From: Pocillopora damicornis | Taxonomy: Eukaryota | DNA length: 64,000 bases | Assembly (NCBI RefSeq): GCF_003704095.1 | Contig: NW_020843495.1 | Coordinates: 62,001 to 126,000, forward strand | Direction: 5' to 3' | Shown here: positions 24,201 through 38,700 of the stretch, piece after piece | Position numbering within the stretch: the first letter of the stretch is position 1 | How the letters are laid out: each line of letters opens with the position of its first letter | Program-made: the position numbers and the translations under genes | The notes under the pieces: model-generated | Database searches by the model: none | The model's input: only the letters and a program-made list of their open reading frames with translations | Told to the model about the DNA's origin: nothing

Positions 24201-27200
24201 CCAGGCTAAAGAGGTAGGAGGCGAACGGTCTCTCCACTAAGCCATCCTTGTTCCCTCCCATTTCAAAATATTTGTTGCTACGACTTAGAAATCTCTTAAA
24301 TATTGCAGATCGTGACGTCAAGAAAATTGCAATAATAGGAAAAAAAAACGCTTCAAAAAAAATTAGGTGATGTATTCTGTCCCTCATATTGTTTTTGCAG
24401 TTTACAAATGCCACAAAAACTACAGGCATCAGAGGGTCTCAATAGGGTGATGGCTTTTACGGCTACCGGTTGAAACGCTAGCCATTTTACGGCTAATGGT
24501 TAATATCATTGCATTGTTGTCACCAGAAATTTTTTTAAACGGTGAACTAAATTTTTTGCCTCTTTTACAGTTATCGGTTAACCTCATCAAGACCCTCATC
24601 GCAGAAAATGGGTAAGACACTGGCATGTATGTGGATTGAGTCAACATTTGTGAATGAAAAATAGGACTATACTGACCTCTTTTTCACCCTCGGAGGAACA
24701 CGCTTGTAGTTGAAAACAGTTTAAACCGATAGAAACGATCACATGACCAGTTCTTCTCGCATCGCAACCACAGTGAGGAAAAACAACAGTTGCATATCCA
24801 TCCAACGTCCTTGCAACATCAAGATACTGCAAACATTGAATGAAAAAACCGCATGCTTTAAAAGGGATGAGTTTTTACTGTTTTTCGTGAGGTGTCGTGC
24901 CAATCATCTGTTTCTAAACTGACATCACTACAAAGACAAAGACAAAGACCACTCAATCCCCTTCTCCTACCCCCTACCTCCTATTTCACAGGACATGACT
25001 GACAGTGTGGCCATTGAAGAGGAGTCCCGGAGATGAGAAACATTTTGGTCTTGTTCTCACCTGATTCCAATTACATTTTTGGCGCCACTGTAACATGTCA
25101 TTAACTTTGCCTTAATTTCAAAAATAGGTCAGATTTTTCTTAACAGAGATTTCTCGTTTAAACTGTTTGCCATGACTGGATAATGCTCCATACAAATTAT
25201 ACAAAGAGATGGTGTATGCAGCGAGCATTTTCGTGCTGGTCTAAGTTAGTAACGGATTCGCAAACAAAATAAGCTAGGTTAACACATTGAATTCATTTTC
25301 TTCATCGATTCAACTCTCTCAGTGCCATTTGATTTGCACAAAATCTCGTAACAGCGGACGGTTTAATTAAGAAAGAGTTGTTAAAAACGGAACTGTGCAT
25401 TAAAAAGAACAAAGCACTCCACTGCAGGAAATCTTAAATGATCGGATCCAAATGAGTGAGCCATGTTTTGAACAAGCTCTGGAAGAACATTGCGAACCAA
25501 CTGAGTCAAATACTTCAGCCTGTGGCTGAATAGAACAAAGGCATACTTTACAACACAGCACATGTTTGTTCGGCAGAGTGCTCTATGCAAAAATCAATAC
25601 ACCAGGGAATCTCCTACCTCTTTCTTTTTATTTGCTGCCTGCAGGTCTTTAAGTTTTTGCAGGTTTTTTCCAGGGGACAATTTTCGTCTTCTCAAGTCAC
25701 TAACTGCCTGCGTGTGTTTTAAAATAACAACATAACTGTTAGAAAATATACGAACACTAAATAAGTTATTTATGAAATCATTTTTGCAGCGCTACAAAAA
25801 TCTCTTACTTTGGGATTAACGTTTGACAAATCATCACTAAAAAAGTACCAGTATGAGCGGACACTGGCACTCCTTTACATTATTTTCAATGATAAAAATT
25901 CAGTCTTGCGAATGAAAAACATTGCAGGTCAAGGGTTGAACTTCGATTCAAAAATGTAGCTTAATTTGCAATAAAGTTTGACCCTTTACTGCCCAACACG
26001 CAAACTGTTCAAAGAACAACATGGTTTCTCAAAAAGCTCATCACATATCATTCTCCTACAGTGTGGCTGGAGACTATGGTTCAATAGCTCTGAGCAATAA
26101 ACTATAACAGTTATAAACACATGCCAGTTTATTGACAAAAAGATCTGAGACTTAAAATAAGCAGCTAATGGTCTGGTTCAGTCCAAAACAACTGTGTACA
26201 AAGGACATAACAGAGAAAAAGGGGAAAAATCTTTGTAAACATATCTTTCTCCTGCTAAGGAGAACGGATACCTGAGTATATAGGAGGTTAACCGCACTCT
26301 CATCATTGTTCATCTGCACTTCCTGTTCAATTACACAACAAATACATAAAACACTTTCCTTTCAAATCCTCAGTACCACATTTCATCAAAGACTTTGAAT
26401 TCTACACACTCTAACCAACAGATGTCCTTGCATTTGTATGCAACCTTTATATAAATCTACCATCCCCTTCACCATTAAAGTGGATGTAATGTATGGGTTG
26501 GGTGAGCCACCCTACTTCAGCCAAAGAACAAATTAAAGGCAAAAACACGAAGTCACTTTTTGTTTTCAACTTAGTGGGGACAATTGAAAAACAAACATAG
26601 ATGGTAAATGCCCTCTCTTATGGACAAAAGCAAAAAGAAAACAAAAGTGAAATTGATATTTTCTTTCGCCCATTTGGAAACTGGTGGGAACTAAAGCACA
26701 AAGATTATTAAGACCACTCCTTTCCAGTACATCACTTTAAATTGGCTGAGGTGCTCTTTCATGAAACATTGAGTACTCTGTCTACTCTATATCTTGTGTA
26801 GAAACAGATCCAACCTGAATGACCAGGCTCAACATTAGGTAGAACATTAGCATACAAACCCTTGCTAGGGTAAATATCCACTTTCGAAAAGCAAGACAGG
26901 TTGTAGATGATGCAGTATAACTCTTGATATATAAGTTGTGGGGGAACTCATTCTGTTCAAGTTTGCGTTCTAATATGAGGGGAAAAAAAGCCAATAGAGA
27001 AACACCTTGAGCAAAGAGATTTTGGTGATAATAAAATTGAAAAAGTTAAGAGTTGAAAGTAAAATGTTATGCCTCTAACCCTTTAAAGCAAAATGAAAAT
27101 TACATACTCAGACAAGCCAAGCTAAGCTATTCAAGGAATAACTAGTACAAAGCTATACTAAGCAGTGGTGAAAACCTAGTAGTTTTAAGGTCAACTCAGG

Positions 27201-30200
27201 ACTGGTGGTGATCTGAAATATAAACAACAGCTTAGAGTCACATATCACTGAGACTCACACTACCAATCAGAAGAGCTAGTCTAACATATTCACTAAAACC
27301 CGACCTTCATGTTAATGGACAAAAGCATAACATGCTTCACTTACCAAAACCATCATCACCAATCTCAAAGAGTGCAAAGTTTGAGATGCTGTCTTGGTCC
27401 AAATTTAGCTTTTCTGTCATGGCCTTCCATAAACATAAAATCAAGTGAGACAATTTCTAGTTAACTATCAACTCTCATTATTAAAGCTTTTGTCTCAATC
27501 AGATTGTTGCTAGGAACCACAAATAACCAAAACTATTAATTTCTCCTTCATAATCAACATAGGGTACACCACATCCCTCTTTTTTGCATGTGATGTCACA
27601 CTTTATGTCAACAGAAATCTGTTTATACTATTGTTGCTCACAATAATAACTTTAATTTACTTTGGGTGGATGAGCTACCTTTCACCCTAGACCCTTTGCT
27701 TCCAGTTAATAGTAAATCTGTGGTTTTCAAAAACTTTAAAAAAAATACAACTTGGTGACTGAACCAAATGCACTAAACACAAGAGTTTGTGATCAGATAA
27801 ATATTTTGCCACAGGATTTGCATAAATTGAAGCTAGAAACGTTTTAACACAGTAAGGTTTTTGCTGTCCTTCAGTTCTCTGCTGCCCTATACATGATGCA
27901 TTAGGGGAATTAAGCCTAACCCCACAATGACATGGAGGATGTGGCAAAACAGAAGATCTCATGTGCAGAACAACAGCTCAGTATGTTTGTTTTAAAACTG
28001 TACATTTCTTTGCCATCCTCTGCAGAACAACTATGTGAAATCACAAATATTAAGTGGCCTGAGAATGGAAACCCAGAAGAAAATTATTCATGTTTCCATC
28101 TGGAACTAAATGCTGCTCGTATACATTAAGTTGAAGTGTAGTGCTGTTAGAGACCGTAAACACATCAAGCCATTCGCAAAATTCTTTCTAAAAACTTTAA
28201 TTCATTTTGTAATAGAAGTCTTCCTTACTATTGACAGAAACCGGAGAAAAAAGAATCAAGAAACATTACATGCATATTTGTGTAGATCACAGTGCATGAA
28301 TGTTTTTCACTGCTCACCTGATATACTTGAACTGTTTTGTGACATTTCAGAACAGTCACAGTCGTAATTGAATCATCTGGTAAAAATACTCTCAACTCAA
28401 CTTTCATTGAACCATCTTCCTCTTCTTTCTCTTGCTGAAATACAATGTTGGAAGAGAAAATGAAGAGAATCTCCTTGTTCTCATTCTCAACAATGTTGTG
28501 TTCACTTTAAGAAATTAGAGAAACTAAAGCTCATTCAATCCTGTCTAGTTATTTAAAAAGGTGAAGTGTGCAGGAGAGCCATGTAGCTTGTGAAAACCAT
28601 CAGATCTCCATTTCCATAACAGACACAAAATGAAGCAAGTAAGAGTATTGCTACTCCTCTATGGGGGATGCTGGTCCATCAAAGGTTACCCCCACTCACC
28701 CCACCTACCAGCCCTTTGTCCAGTTTCCTGGCAGTTTGTTGGTACCCACTTATACTCCCAGGTGAAGAGGGTCACTGTTAGAATACAATGCCTTGTCCAA
28801 GAACACAACACAACCACCGGAGTCCATTATGCATAAAAGAAGGAAAAAGTCTTTATACACTACAGAGACTTCTGCATCTAAATTTTGATGGCTTCAACAA
28901 TTCACCAGTAATTTGATTCAGATGAGGAAAATAATCTCCAAATGCTTTTAACTACTCTAATGCCCTTATATTCTAATCTAAAAACACTCAAAGACCCAAC
29001 TCAGGTTTAAACCTAGATGTAATTGGTTTAATAAAACTTAAAAATGCATCCACCTCCCTAATCTTGGACAAAAATTTGCACCAGAGACTGAGATAATACA
29101 CAATTTTTGTCTCACCATCTATGAACTATTATTAAATATCTTTCAAAATTTTAACATATCAATCTCAAGGCAAAAAAACAAACTTTATGTTCTTCAAAAA
29201 TACACAGACAAATACCATTTTACAGCATTACTTCAAGTATACTTGTAAATTCAATAAAACAAATTACTCTTATTCAAAGCCATCTCTGGGGAAAATTTAT
29301 TTTGAAACACACAAAATACCTGGAGTTGGTTTTCTGAAGACTTGAGAAAGTCTACCATGATGTCTGACTCTCCAATAACTTTCACTGAATTAACTGTTAA
29401 GAAAGTATAAAAAATTACTTGTCAATTCACACTTACTTACATCTAGTTGGAAAAAGTTCTTAAAATTGAAAATTTTTAGGGCAGTTGAATTTTTGTTTCT
29501 AATAGCCCTAATAATAATAATGACAATGACAGTCTACATCAAATGAAAATTAAAAGGGTTTAAATTTTTTGGTTCTCATCAATAAGTTTTTGTGTACGCC
29601 CTCCTCTTTACTAGGCAGTGGTAATCAATGAGACCCCTCCCTTCCAGCCAGGGCCTCATTACAGCATATGTAGTGATTAGGAGAGTTGTGGAAACATTTT
29701 GATACAAGCTGATAATGAAACATTTCTTTATCTTACTACAAGAAAAAATACTCTTGTTTGTAGTTAACTTCAAATTTTAGGGGTGCTTACAGAAATACCT
29801 GTCATATAGTTTGCTTTCGAAGAAACCTCAGATAACTAATATGATCATTTATGAAAAACATATGAACAATTTCTCAATGCTTAACACACTAACTAGGTAA
29901 TAATAGTTTATTTTAATTAATAAAATTGTAAGAAGAGAGAAGATTGATTTCAAAAGAAGAGTCAGGCCAGGTATCTGAATTACACACACAATTTGATTGG
30001 TATTTACTAAAAAATATATTGGAGAACAGACAACTAGACCACGTCATCACTGACAATTTTTTTTTTCTTATTTAGAATATAAAACAAATAGACTCTATAT
30101 TTCCATGGGTCTGTTAATAGATCAGAGAAGATATTAAAATGTGGTAGGAACATAAGTAACACACTTGGCTGCACCTTGTGTGTAGTGTGTAGAAGAAATG

Positions 30201-33200
30201 CAAAATTGCTTTCAGCATTGGTGTAAATATTATAATTTCCGTGGTCTGATATTCCATGGCATCTACCTTCCTCTTCACAAGACAGTCTGAGAGTACCGGT
30301 AAATCATTTCTTTACTATAACAAGAGTTATGAACTTATTGAACACATTTTCATTGAAAAACTACTGTCTAACCTTGATCAAAGTAAGATTCCAAAGCTTT
30401 TCTACGAGCTTCTATTTGTTGATCAGATAAGTGAAATGGCCACTTTCCAGGAAACTTAGGAAACTGGAAATCTCTAAACTCCTTCTTAAGCTGATAGCAA
30501 AGACAAAAGAAGCCTCAGATTACTTAAAGGTTAAAAATAATGTAATCAGTGATAATTAATTTGAAGATAAATTATCCCTGTATGTCAATGTGACTCTGTA
30601 TATCATTACCATGATGGCAAAAATAGATGTAGTTCAACACTTGGGCCAAGTGTCCCATCTGGCCAAAGCTTATTTTGGTTTCTGTGGCATGATGCCAGTA
30701 TTAGTATTGTTGCTACTCCCCCTTGATGCGAAGCTAGTCCATTACATGTTACCTTCCTGACAGTGCCACCAAACCCATTTATACTCCTGTTGTTTGAAGT
30801 CCATCCAAGCATCAAATTGTACACAAAAAAAATTATACTGAATTTTTCTCCTTAAGGTTCAGATTTCACACTAACCCTGAGTTATCTTAACCCACCTTTG
30901 AACAACAGTGCCCTGGGTGATAAAAAGGCACCATATGCCAGCCAGGTCTCAAACCTGGACAACTAGATGGCAAGTCCAACGTGCTAAAGTTGAAACTAGG
31001 ATAACTTTAAATTTGAAAATTTGAAAATGAAAGTATGATAGCTTACTGACTTTAAGTGAGGCTCTACATATCTATTCCAAGGAAACACAACTCTGCTGTA
31101 TTCAGCAAACAATTCAGTTATAAAATCTTAACCTCTTTACCTGGTTGTGCAAATTTGAAAATTCTTTGTATCTTCTGGAACAAATATGCTTGTCTCCATA
31201 GTAGATATTGTACACCTATAAAAAGGATATTCTTTCACCAAAAATAGATAAATATACCCTAGTTACAGCTTTTTATCAATTTATTTTTTTAAAGTAGTTG
31301 ACTGATTGCATTTCATTTGTAAATAACTTCCTAAAGAATACTGGTATATCAACATATTACTGACATATATCCTACTCTCACTAATGTGAGGTTAACAAAG
31401 GGGCAGTCCTGATCCCAATTTATGCACAAGTATTAGAAAAATTTACGTATCACATATATATGTAAAAGGAAACACTCCAAATCTCTCTTCTTGTCTACAA
31501 AGTTTTCAGGGAAATCTTGAGGTTTTTGAAATGAAAGAAAAATTTATGGTTCACACATATTTTGGGAGGCAAATCAAGCATTGTACTGGTTGATATACTA
31601 CTACATGTGTCACATACTAATTTAGGCTTTAAGTCATGCATCACATGTTAACCCTTTCCCTGACCCTTTGTCTCCCTCAAATACAAGTACACCACTTCAG
31701 GAGCAGAAACATCCAATCATGTTGCATAAATATTTATGCAGCTGGTTATTTGGTGAATTAAATTAGGCTTTCTTGGCAGGTTGACTGCCTTCATCCTATA
31801 AGCGCAAGATGACATCATGATAATCTTTAGACAAGAGATCTCATACTCTGCACAGAACTGGAACTGTACCATGCAAAAAAAAACCACACACACGCACTTT
31901 AGCATTTCTTACCACATATGTTTCACCATTGCTAACAACTTGTCTTGTCTCAGGTATTGATAATGGTACAGCTCTCTTGTCTGTATAATCATAATATTCT
32001 CCTCCAGATGAACTCTCACTCTCAAGTTTCTCAGCTTCATGTGAACTCACAGATATCACAACTAAAGTCAGTTTATCTCCGCCTTTCTTGATCAGGTTCA
32101 CTACATGTTTGTGAGTGGCACCTTCCACATTTTCACCATTCCTGTTGACCACATAATTTTCACTTTATAAATATGACAGAATTTTTCCTTACACTAACCA
32201 TTTACCCTTACCATTAATACCTATATTCTCCATCCTGTTCTCTTTGCATTTCCTCTGATATTAAAAAGGAGAATTTGTTTGACGATCAGGAGCTTCTTAA
32301 CTTGATGATTGTTTCCTTTATTCATGTGACCATACTCTTTGATTGAAGGGTGAAACGGCAAGGAGAAACTAGAAGCCAGTCACTCAAAAGGGTTAAAGAG
32401 TCCACCTAACAATAATTACTGTGAAACAGTGTCAACTTTTGCCTCAAAAAGAGATCTTTTACCCCTTTATCCCCTGTCAATAAATATTGAAAAAACTTCT
32501 TATATAAAAACACTGCTTACACCTGTGGTTTGCAAAACACCTTGTTTACCATGTCATAGAAAGGAAAATTTAAAGTAGTCTTATATTAAACTGTTGATTT
32601 CCAACACTTAGATAGCAAATTAGCCAAACATATATAATTTTATGATTTTACCCTGCAGTAGTTTTTATCAAATCTCCAATTTACTCCTTTAATTTCTGGA
32701 CTATACTACTCAGTCCATTATTTTTCACTCAAAGTGTACAGCTTTTAATAATTGCCCAGTGAAACTTTGAGGATTGTAATTTTCAACACAGTGAACTTTG
32801 AACAAATGGAATCTACATCTTATCTCCAACAGACAAAATCCAACATGAGCTAAGTGTGACTTCACATGTGACTACAGTGTTTATCTTACTTAAATATTAA
32901 TAACACTGTCATAAACCATTCAGGTATCTTTTGACAAAGGTTTCAATAACTTTTTCTATGAGTGGTTGCTAACAGTACAACAGTCCAGAAAGGACTGTAA
33001 GGAAAAACCCAAACACAAGACCTCTCTCACAAGCTAAACAGATGGCAGTTAAAAGTCTTATAGACAGTGGTAGACCACTTTTAACCCTTTAATTCCCACG
33101 AGTGACCAGGACATAATTTTTCCTTACACTACCAATACAATATCAAGCAAACAAGTGATGAGGATAAAGGAAAATATCAATCAAGAGATCATTGGTTGAT

Positions 33201-34364
33201 TCAATACCAAATTCTCCAAACTTACACCAGAAAAATTGTATGGCTATCAGTGAGAAAAATTACTAAATGAGATCTTAAGAGTGAAAGGGTTGACCAGTTC
33301 TTATGGAAGCTCCTATTTTGATAGAAACAAATCAAGCTAGATCAAATAGAAAAGACAAAATGGATTGAGATCCATCAACAGAAAGACTAACAATTTGATC
33401 AACAATGGCTGTTCAAAAAATAAAAACCTATCATCCTTTGAGTCAGCGTGGGCAAAAACGATTGTACACCATTATATGGGTTTCATAAGCAAAGTACCAT
33501 GTGGAATAAAGAAATAAGTTGCTTAATTAGCGAGGTAGTTTCTAGTTCAAAACAAAAAATCCCTCAATAAGCTCAAGATGTTTTCTTCATCCTGATGTAA
33601 TGACTTCAAATCTGAATATTCTTGTCAAATACATATCAAGTTAGAGTGGTACCATTGCATTCTAAAATTGAGACTTCTCATTCAAGAGGAAAGAATCAAA
33701 TAAAATTAAAGGTTAAAAGTTAAAAAATCACTTGTTAAATTAAACCATGATTTAAAGTGGAAACAACTACATGAAACTATTTCTCAACTGGAAAAATCTC
33801 AAAAAACAACCGGAGGTTAAAGAATGTTGGCAAAGATTACCACTTTCACCATAGCTCCATCTTAAGTCAAAAATCTGATTACTCCCTTCGAAAAAGCGAA
33901 AAGAAAAATTTCGGCTGATGAATCACAAGAGCAAGTATTGTAAATAGTCTTCAATTGGTAACAGCTGGCAGCGATATTTATCAATAATCACAGCAAAGAA
34001 GTACGTTTATCTACATTAACACCACGCAGGACCACTCTTGTAACTATCCGTCAGCCCCCGTTAAACAATCTGTGCATAATCATAATAGTCATAATATACA
34101 AAGTAAGTCATGTTTGTTTACGTACACTTCAAGGATTCGATCACCAATCCTAACCCCTCCGTTATGAGCGGGGCCACTCTCCAATACGGCGCTTACATGC
34201 TGCAACGGTGCATACAGTTCTCCATTTATTGACTTCAGTTGCCCCCCTTCTGATACCTGGCCACGGACGTTAAATCCAAATCCATTTTCTCCTCGAAACA
34301 ATTCAATTAACCTGGGTCCGTAAGGATCAGCTTGACGAGCGTCAGCTTCTTCATCGTCCGCCAT
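21215..34364 (-). CDS. SNX27: Sorting nexin-27 (PDZ-PX-FERM-like), ~578 aa (~599 aa with an optional exon)
   Basis: Exons 34364-34126, 32141-31913, 31215-31141, 30490-30373, 29393-29320, 28434-28318, 27423-27345, 26969-26860, 26322-26272, 25707-25618, 24826-24677, 23991-23863, 23296-23237, 22548-22459 (or -22455 plus 22169-22111), 21340-21215. Diagnostic [92 protein letters not shown]. Confidence 0.95.
21484..21977. mobile_element. 494 bp near-perfect foldback MITE, probably P-superfamily
   Basis: Whole element is an inverted repeat (CACAGGCGGCCCAAGCT...AGCTTGGGCCGCCTGTG, centre ~21730) flanked by 7 bp direct repeat gtcagta (21477-21483, 21978-21984). Confidence 0.9.
22766..22970. mobile_element. 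piggyBac-like MITE, family A copy 2
   Basis: ttaaCCCTTT...ttaa; same internal sequence as 777-984. Confidence 0.8.
24050..24256 (-). mobile_element. tRNA-derived SINE
   Basis: Minus-strand A box TGGCTTAGTGG (24244-24234) and B box GGTTCAATTCC (24201-24191) followed by a non-tRNA body. Confidence 0.75.
24432..24597. mobile_element. Short MITE-like element
   Basis: Terminal inverted repeats gagggtct...agaccctc; internal repeated tttacggcta units. Confidence 0.55.
28620..28815. repeat. SINE-like interspersed repeat, related to 30640-30790
   Basis: Shared blocks ttgctactcc, gct.gtccat, gttacc, accca.ttatactcc. Confidence 0.55.
30640..30987. repeat. SINE-like repeat apparently interrupted by a second short element (~30790-30913)
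   Basis: Similarity to 28620-28815 stops at atactcct and resumes near ggtga ~30916. Confidence 0.45.
32196..32400. mobile_element. piggyBac-like MITE, family B copy 1
   Basis: Shares atattctcc...catttcct...aaggagaatttgttt.ac.atca...aaggagaa.tag with 39618-39827. Confidence 0.7.
33081..33293. mobile_element. piggyBac-like MITE, family A copy 3
   Basis: ttaaCCCTTT...AAAGGGttga; matches 777-984. Confidence 0.8.
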
Positions 34365-35701
34365 GTTTGATTTGGCAATCACGTGACAGAAGACGAAAAT
34401 AAAACTTCCGCAAAGCTAAGGTAGTTTTTGCTTCCGGTTAATTTGATGGATCGATGGCACGGCTGGCGATTTCAAGACCTTTTCGTGAGGAAAATGTATT
34501 GAATATTTCAAAGTTGAGCGAATTTGAGCTACATCTTACGGTATTGACATTGTGGTTCATTAACACTGAGTACTAAACCAAGTTGGGTATAGCATATCGA
34601 CTTCTTGATCAAACTTTTCCTTGCGTTTTCCATGTAAATCCGTCAAGAACGAAGAAATATCTCACACAATAACATCAAGTCCATTGAAATGCGCATCAAG
34701 AAAACTAAGGATGAATAATGGTTCAATCAATTAATCGCCGTTTAATTATCACTTCAGCATCAGAAAATGAAAAAGTTTTTTTTCACTAATGAAACTATGC
34801 CAAAAACGGAAATACGACGAAACAGGATTATTGATTCTGACCAAAATCCCCATTTAGACCCACTGGAAATATGAAATAAAAAGCCGAAATATTTGGAATT
34901 AAATTTTTTCACACATGGTTTATTAATGTACCATGAGACTTTTTAAACCGTTAGAGTTAATAGTAAATTGTACACTGATTTGTTAATGAAAATTTCGTAC
35001 AAGCCCTTAGTTGTTTGTTCCATAAAATCAACGGTTGTTAAATATGGGTGTTAACTGAAGACGAAGAGCCTGAGATTCTGGATGCAACCGTATTCTGCTT
35101 AAACGCACCTGTCCGACTTTAAAAGTCCAAATTTGTCAGTTTTCCCTGGTTCCCATTATTCCTGGCCCTATGGAACTTCATCGTGGAAACATCCCTTTTC
35201 CTTTCTCTCTCTCTCTCTCCCTCTCTTATATTTTTGTTTAACCATAAAAAACGCCCCTCTTACAGCTCTTTATCCTATGAACTACTTCGCTAAAAGCCCC
35301 CTGGGGCGAGGAGACAGCGCATTGCAACATGGGACTAATTTCCGACGGTGATCCGAAAGAGTTACGAGATGTTCCGAAGTTGATAATTTTGGAAGGATTT
35401 GTCAACACGAAGTGATTGAGATACTGCCAAAATTTATTGCTTAAATTGATCGATTGCTTGATAGGGCTGACCCCTAAATATCTCTCGTTACTATTCAGCT
35501 AAAAAGTGACACTTTTCATAAGCATTAAATGCTTAGTTGAAAAAAGGCCCTACTTTTCGTCCTTTTAATTTGCATTTTGCGCAACAAGGAACGTCGTAGA
35601 GCTCTGTTTTACTGCTAGCTGATTGGTCGATGCACAGACCCCCTGTGACCAAATGGAACGCCGCTCTAGACTGACAACACGCTCCAACTTACTCTTCCAA
35701 T
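34365..35701. promoter_or_regulatory. Divergent promoter region SNX27/CRTC
   Basis: 1.3 kb between head-to-head ATGs; ATCACGTGAC E-box/CLEAR-like motif 34378-34387, ETS-like CTTCCG(G) motifs ~34405 and ~34432, reverse CCAAT ~35621. Confidence 0.6.
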
Positions 35702-38700
35702 ATGGCGAACCCGAGGAAATTTGCCGAGAAAATTGCCTTGCACAACCAGAAACAGGAAGAGGGAACGCGTGCTTTCGAACAGATTATGAAAGAGGTTTCC
35801 ATACTTGAGGTATTTTTAATTTTCTTGATTAACAGATATTTTTTTTATTCGTTTTGTTGTGCGTTGTTGACATGTCAGTAGCACAGCTGAATATGGATTT
35901 CTTCTCTGTTTTCAAGCCTACCAAAAAGCCCCAACACCAGCAGATGCAACAACAGTACTTTGGAGGATCGTTGCCAAATGTGAACATCAGTCTAGCGCAT
36001 GCACACCGATTAGACCTACAGGTAATTTTTGTTTTACACTTCACGATTGTGTTCATCTGCTATGGGATTATAGTACATTTCTGTGCATTTGTTTTGAGGT
36101 TCGATTCTAATGAAATGATACTGCTTTCGATCTTCAGACCGCGTTAGATAGTCTGGATCGTCTCACAGGGTTGCATCACAGCGTTGGTGATCGTATGCCT
36201 ATAAGTCATAAACAACGGTTCCAAGGCGGCCGAACTCAATTTAACCCGAACAATCGTTTTCGGGGAATATCCTTCTCATAGTCTGATAAAGAGTTCAGAT
36301 CGTCACCTTAGTCAAGTTAAGGGACTTTGGTAACATATGTCACGATACGGTTTACATATATCACAAGTTGTATTTTTTCAGTTCTCGATTACTTTTTGTT
36401 CCTGGTTATTTGATTTTCTCAGTCAGATTTACTAGAAAGTAAATACGTTAATGTTTCGTGAAATAGTTGTGTCAAGATCGTGACGGTGTAGAAAGAGAAA
36501 CGTTATAGGGTTCGTTGCAAAGAAGTTATTTAAAGAACATGACATAGTTTATACATCGATTTTTCGAAGCTTTAGTCAGCCTTAACCTTGATCACATAGA
36601 CACATCACCCTACCATGTGTCTGGTTGCCATTTATCACCTCCTCAAGATCGGTATTCGCAAGATCAAAGTTGGCGAGATAGAAGGTAGGTTCATTCAAAT
36701 CCCAACCCAGTGTGTCATAATAGTTTGATGAGCTTACTTAGCATTTTGCGTAGTTATTTAATTACTTACGCTGAGGAGTCCGTATACTGGTCTTTTGGAA
36801 ACAGTGATATTGTACTTACCTGTTTGGCTGTAGCAGATGCGCTTTCAGGAAGAGCAAAACGATTAATATGGTTCAAATTTTGTTTGGGTAGCGAAAGGCT
36901 CTAGTTGAAAGGTGAATTGACCTCTAGTTTCCCGCGCAAATTTATCATTGCACAAACATAAATTTTCTAAGCGAGTCTGTTCTCTTTTGGCAAGTGATTT
37001 GTTGTCATTACTACGGCAATAGTAGTGGTAATTTTGTTGTTTTCGATAAGATCTCATATTTTTGGGATTTCGTGTTCACCTGTTGGTTTGGTTGGGATAA
37101 TGGAAGTGTTTGTACAACTTATTACGATTGAGGAGTGCATCAGGCAATCGTAGTCAATTTGGTAACGGCCGCAAAGTCTAAATTAAACCCAAAATACAAT
37201 CAGAAAATTGGAAAAAAATTCCATGGATAATTCTAGAAGCTTGTTTTCTATTTTTTCCTCATTTGTGAGTCTATTAATTAAGTTATTGTTAGGAACTAGA
37301 AGTTCAAATACGAATTAATTATTTTTTATGTACTTAAAACTGTGTTTACATTTGGTGAAATCAAATGCTTACTCTTTACTCCTTGATGTTTTCTTTGACT
37401 CTCAAATCTTTGTTACTGGAGTAACACAGGTTAACAATTGCCATAGATATACAAAATTACTTTTGTTATACTATGATGTGTATTGTCTTTTATATCAAAG
37501 TGCAGTTTTAATATAGTGAAAAGAGTGCATGTGATGTAGATTAGCTTTGTGTTATGCATGGGAAGCATGGGGGTGCTGATCAAGGCTCAGTCACAAATTT
37601 TAGAAAAACTCACTTATCACATGCACTTTATACAATATTCCACACATCATAAATTTAAATGTAAAACTTCACATCTCACCTTACTTTGCCTTTCTGTAAA
37701 GTTAACACATCACATATTAATTTTAGGCTTAATTGATTGTGTCATGTATGAAGGCTTTGCCACCCTCTCATGTCAGTCTCGCACCCAAAATCGCCAGATC
37801 ATCTATAGGAAAAAGCAGAACTCTATGATAGAAACAATTGGTCCTGTTTCACACTGACTTTGGAATTATTGTAAGACCTTTACTTTTTAACTCTTTTCTA
37901 CAGGAAATGTATTAACCAAATTGTTGAATGGCATTTTAAACTGGCTCATTAAAGCACTGAGCAGTACAAACAAGGAGTGAAGAAATGTCATTAAACTTAT
38001 TTTCACACAAAGAGATGTGCTTTTTTTCATGTGATCATCTGATTTTAAGTATAGTTTAGAAAAAGAAACCACTGAAAAGTCATGGGGCTTGTAAAATTTG
38101 TCTTGATTGAAAAATTTTAAAGTGCTCTCCAACCAATCTCAATGAGAAATCATTTAATCGCTTTAATTTATTATACATTGATTTCAACTTTTTGCAGTAG
38201 TTTTCAATTTCTGCACTATGTCACTATTAGACACACTCAGTTATACTTTTGAATAAATAATATTTTTTAAGAATATTAGGGGTAAACCCTTTTAATTCAC
38301 TGTGACAGTCTTTTTCCTTTGTGTGTCCCTTGCTTCATGTTTGAAACTTTCTCTAAATTATTTGCCTTTCCAGACCCATTTTAGTCATATTACTATACCT
38401 CTCTGAACATTCCATGAGGCATGAGGTCAAGATGGCTGAATGTTGGCCAAGGTTTTTTTTTTCTTGCATTTCTTTGGACAGAGAAAAAGTTGAGGTCCAT
38501 AAAAATGAAAAAACAGAACAAGGCTAATATTCAGCCATCTTTGCCAAACAAGCTTGGTCAGTAAAGAATCTACTATATTACAGAGATTTTGCGCTTTAAC
38601 ACAAATCAAGAATGACTTGTTTCTTCTAAGAGCTGGGAAAGAAAGTCAACTGTGCTTGTGACACAATGAACCCACCAGATTTGTGTTTGTCTTCTTTATT

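Noticed and set aside
25708-26271. SNX27 intron starting GTATCCGT, possibly U12-type
   Set aside because: Mismatch to RTATCCTT and no CCTTAAC-like branch site near the acceptor.
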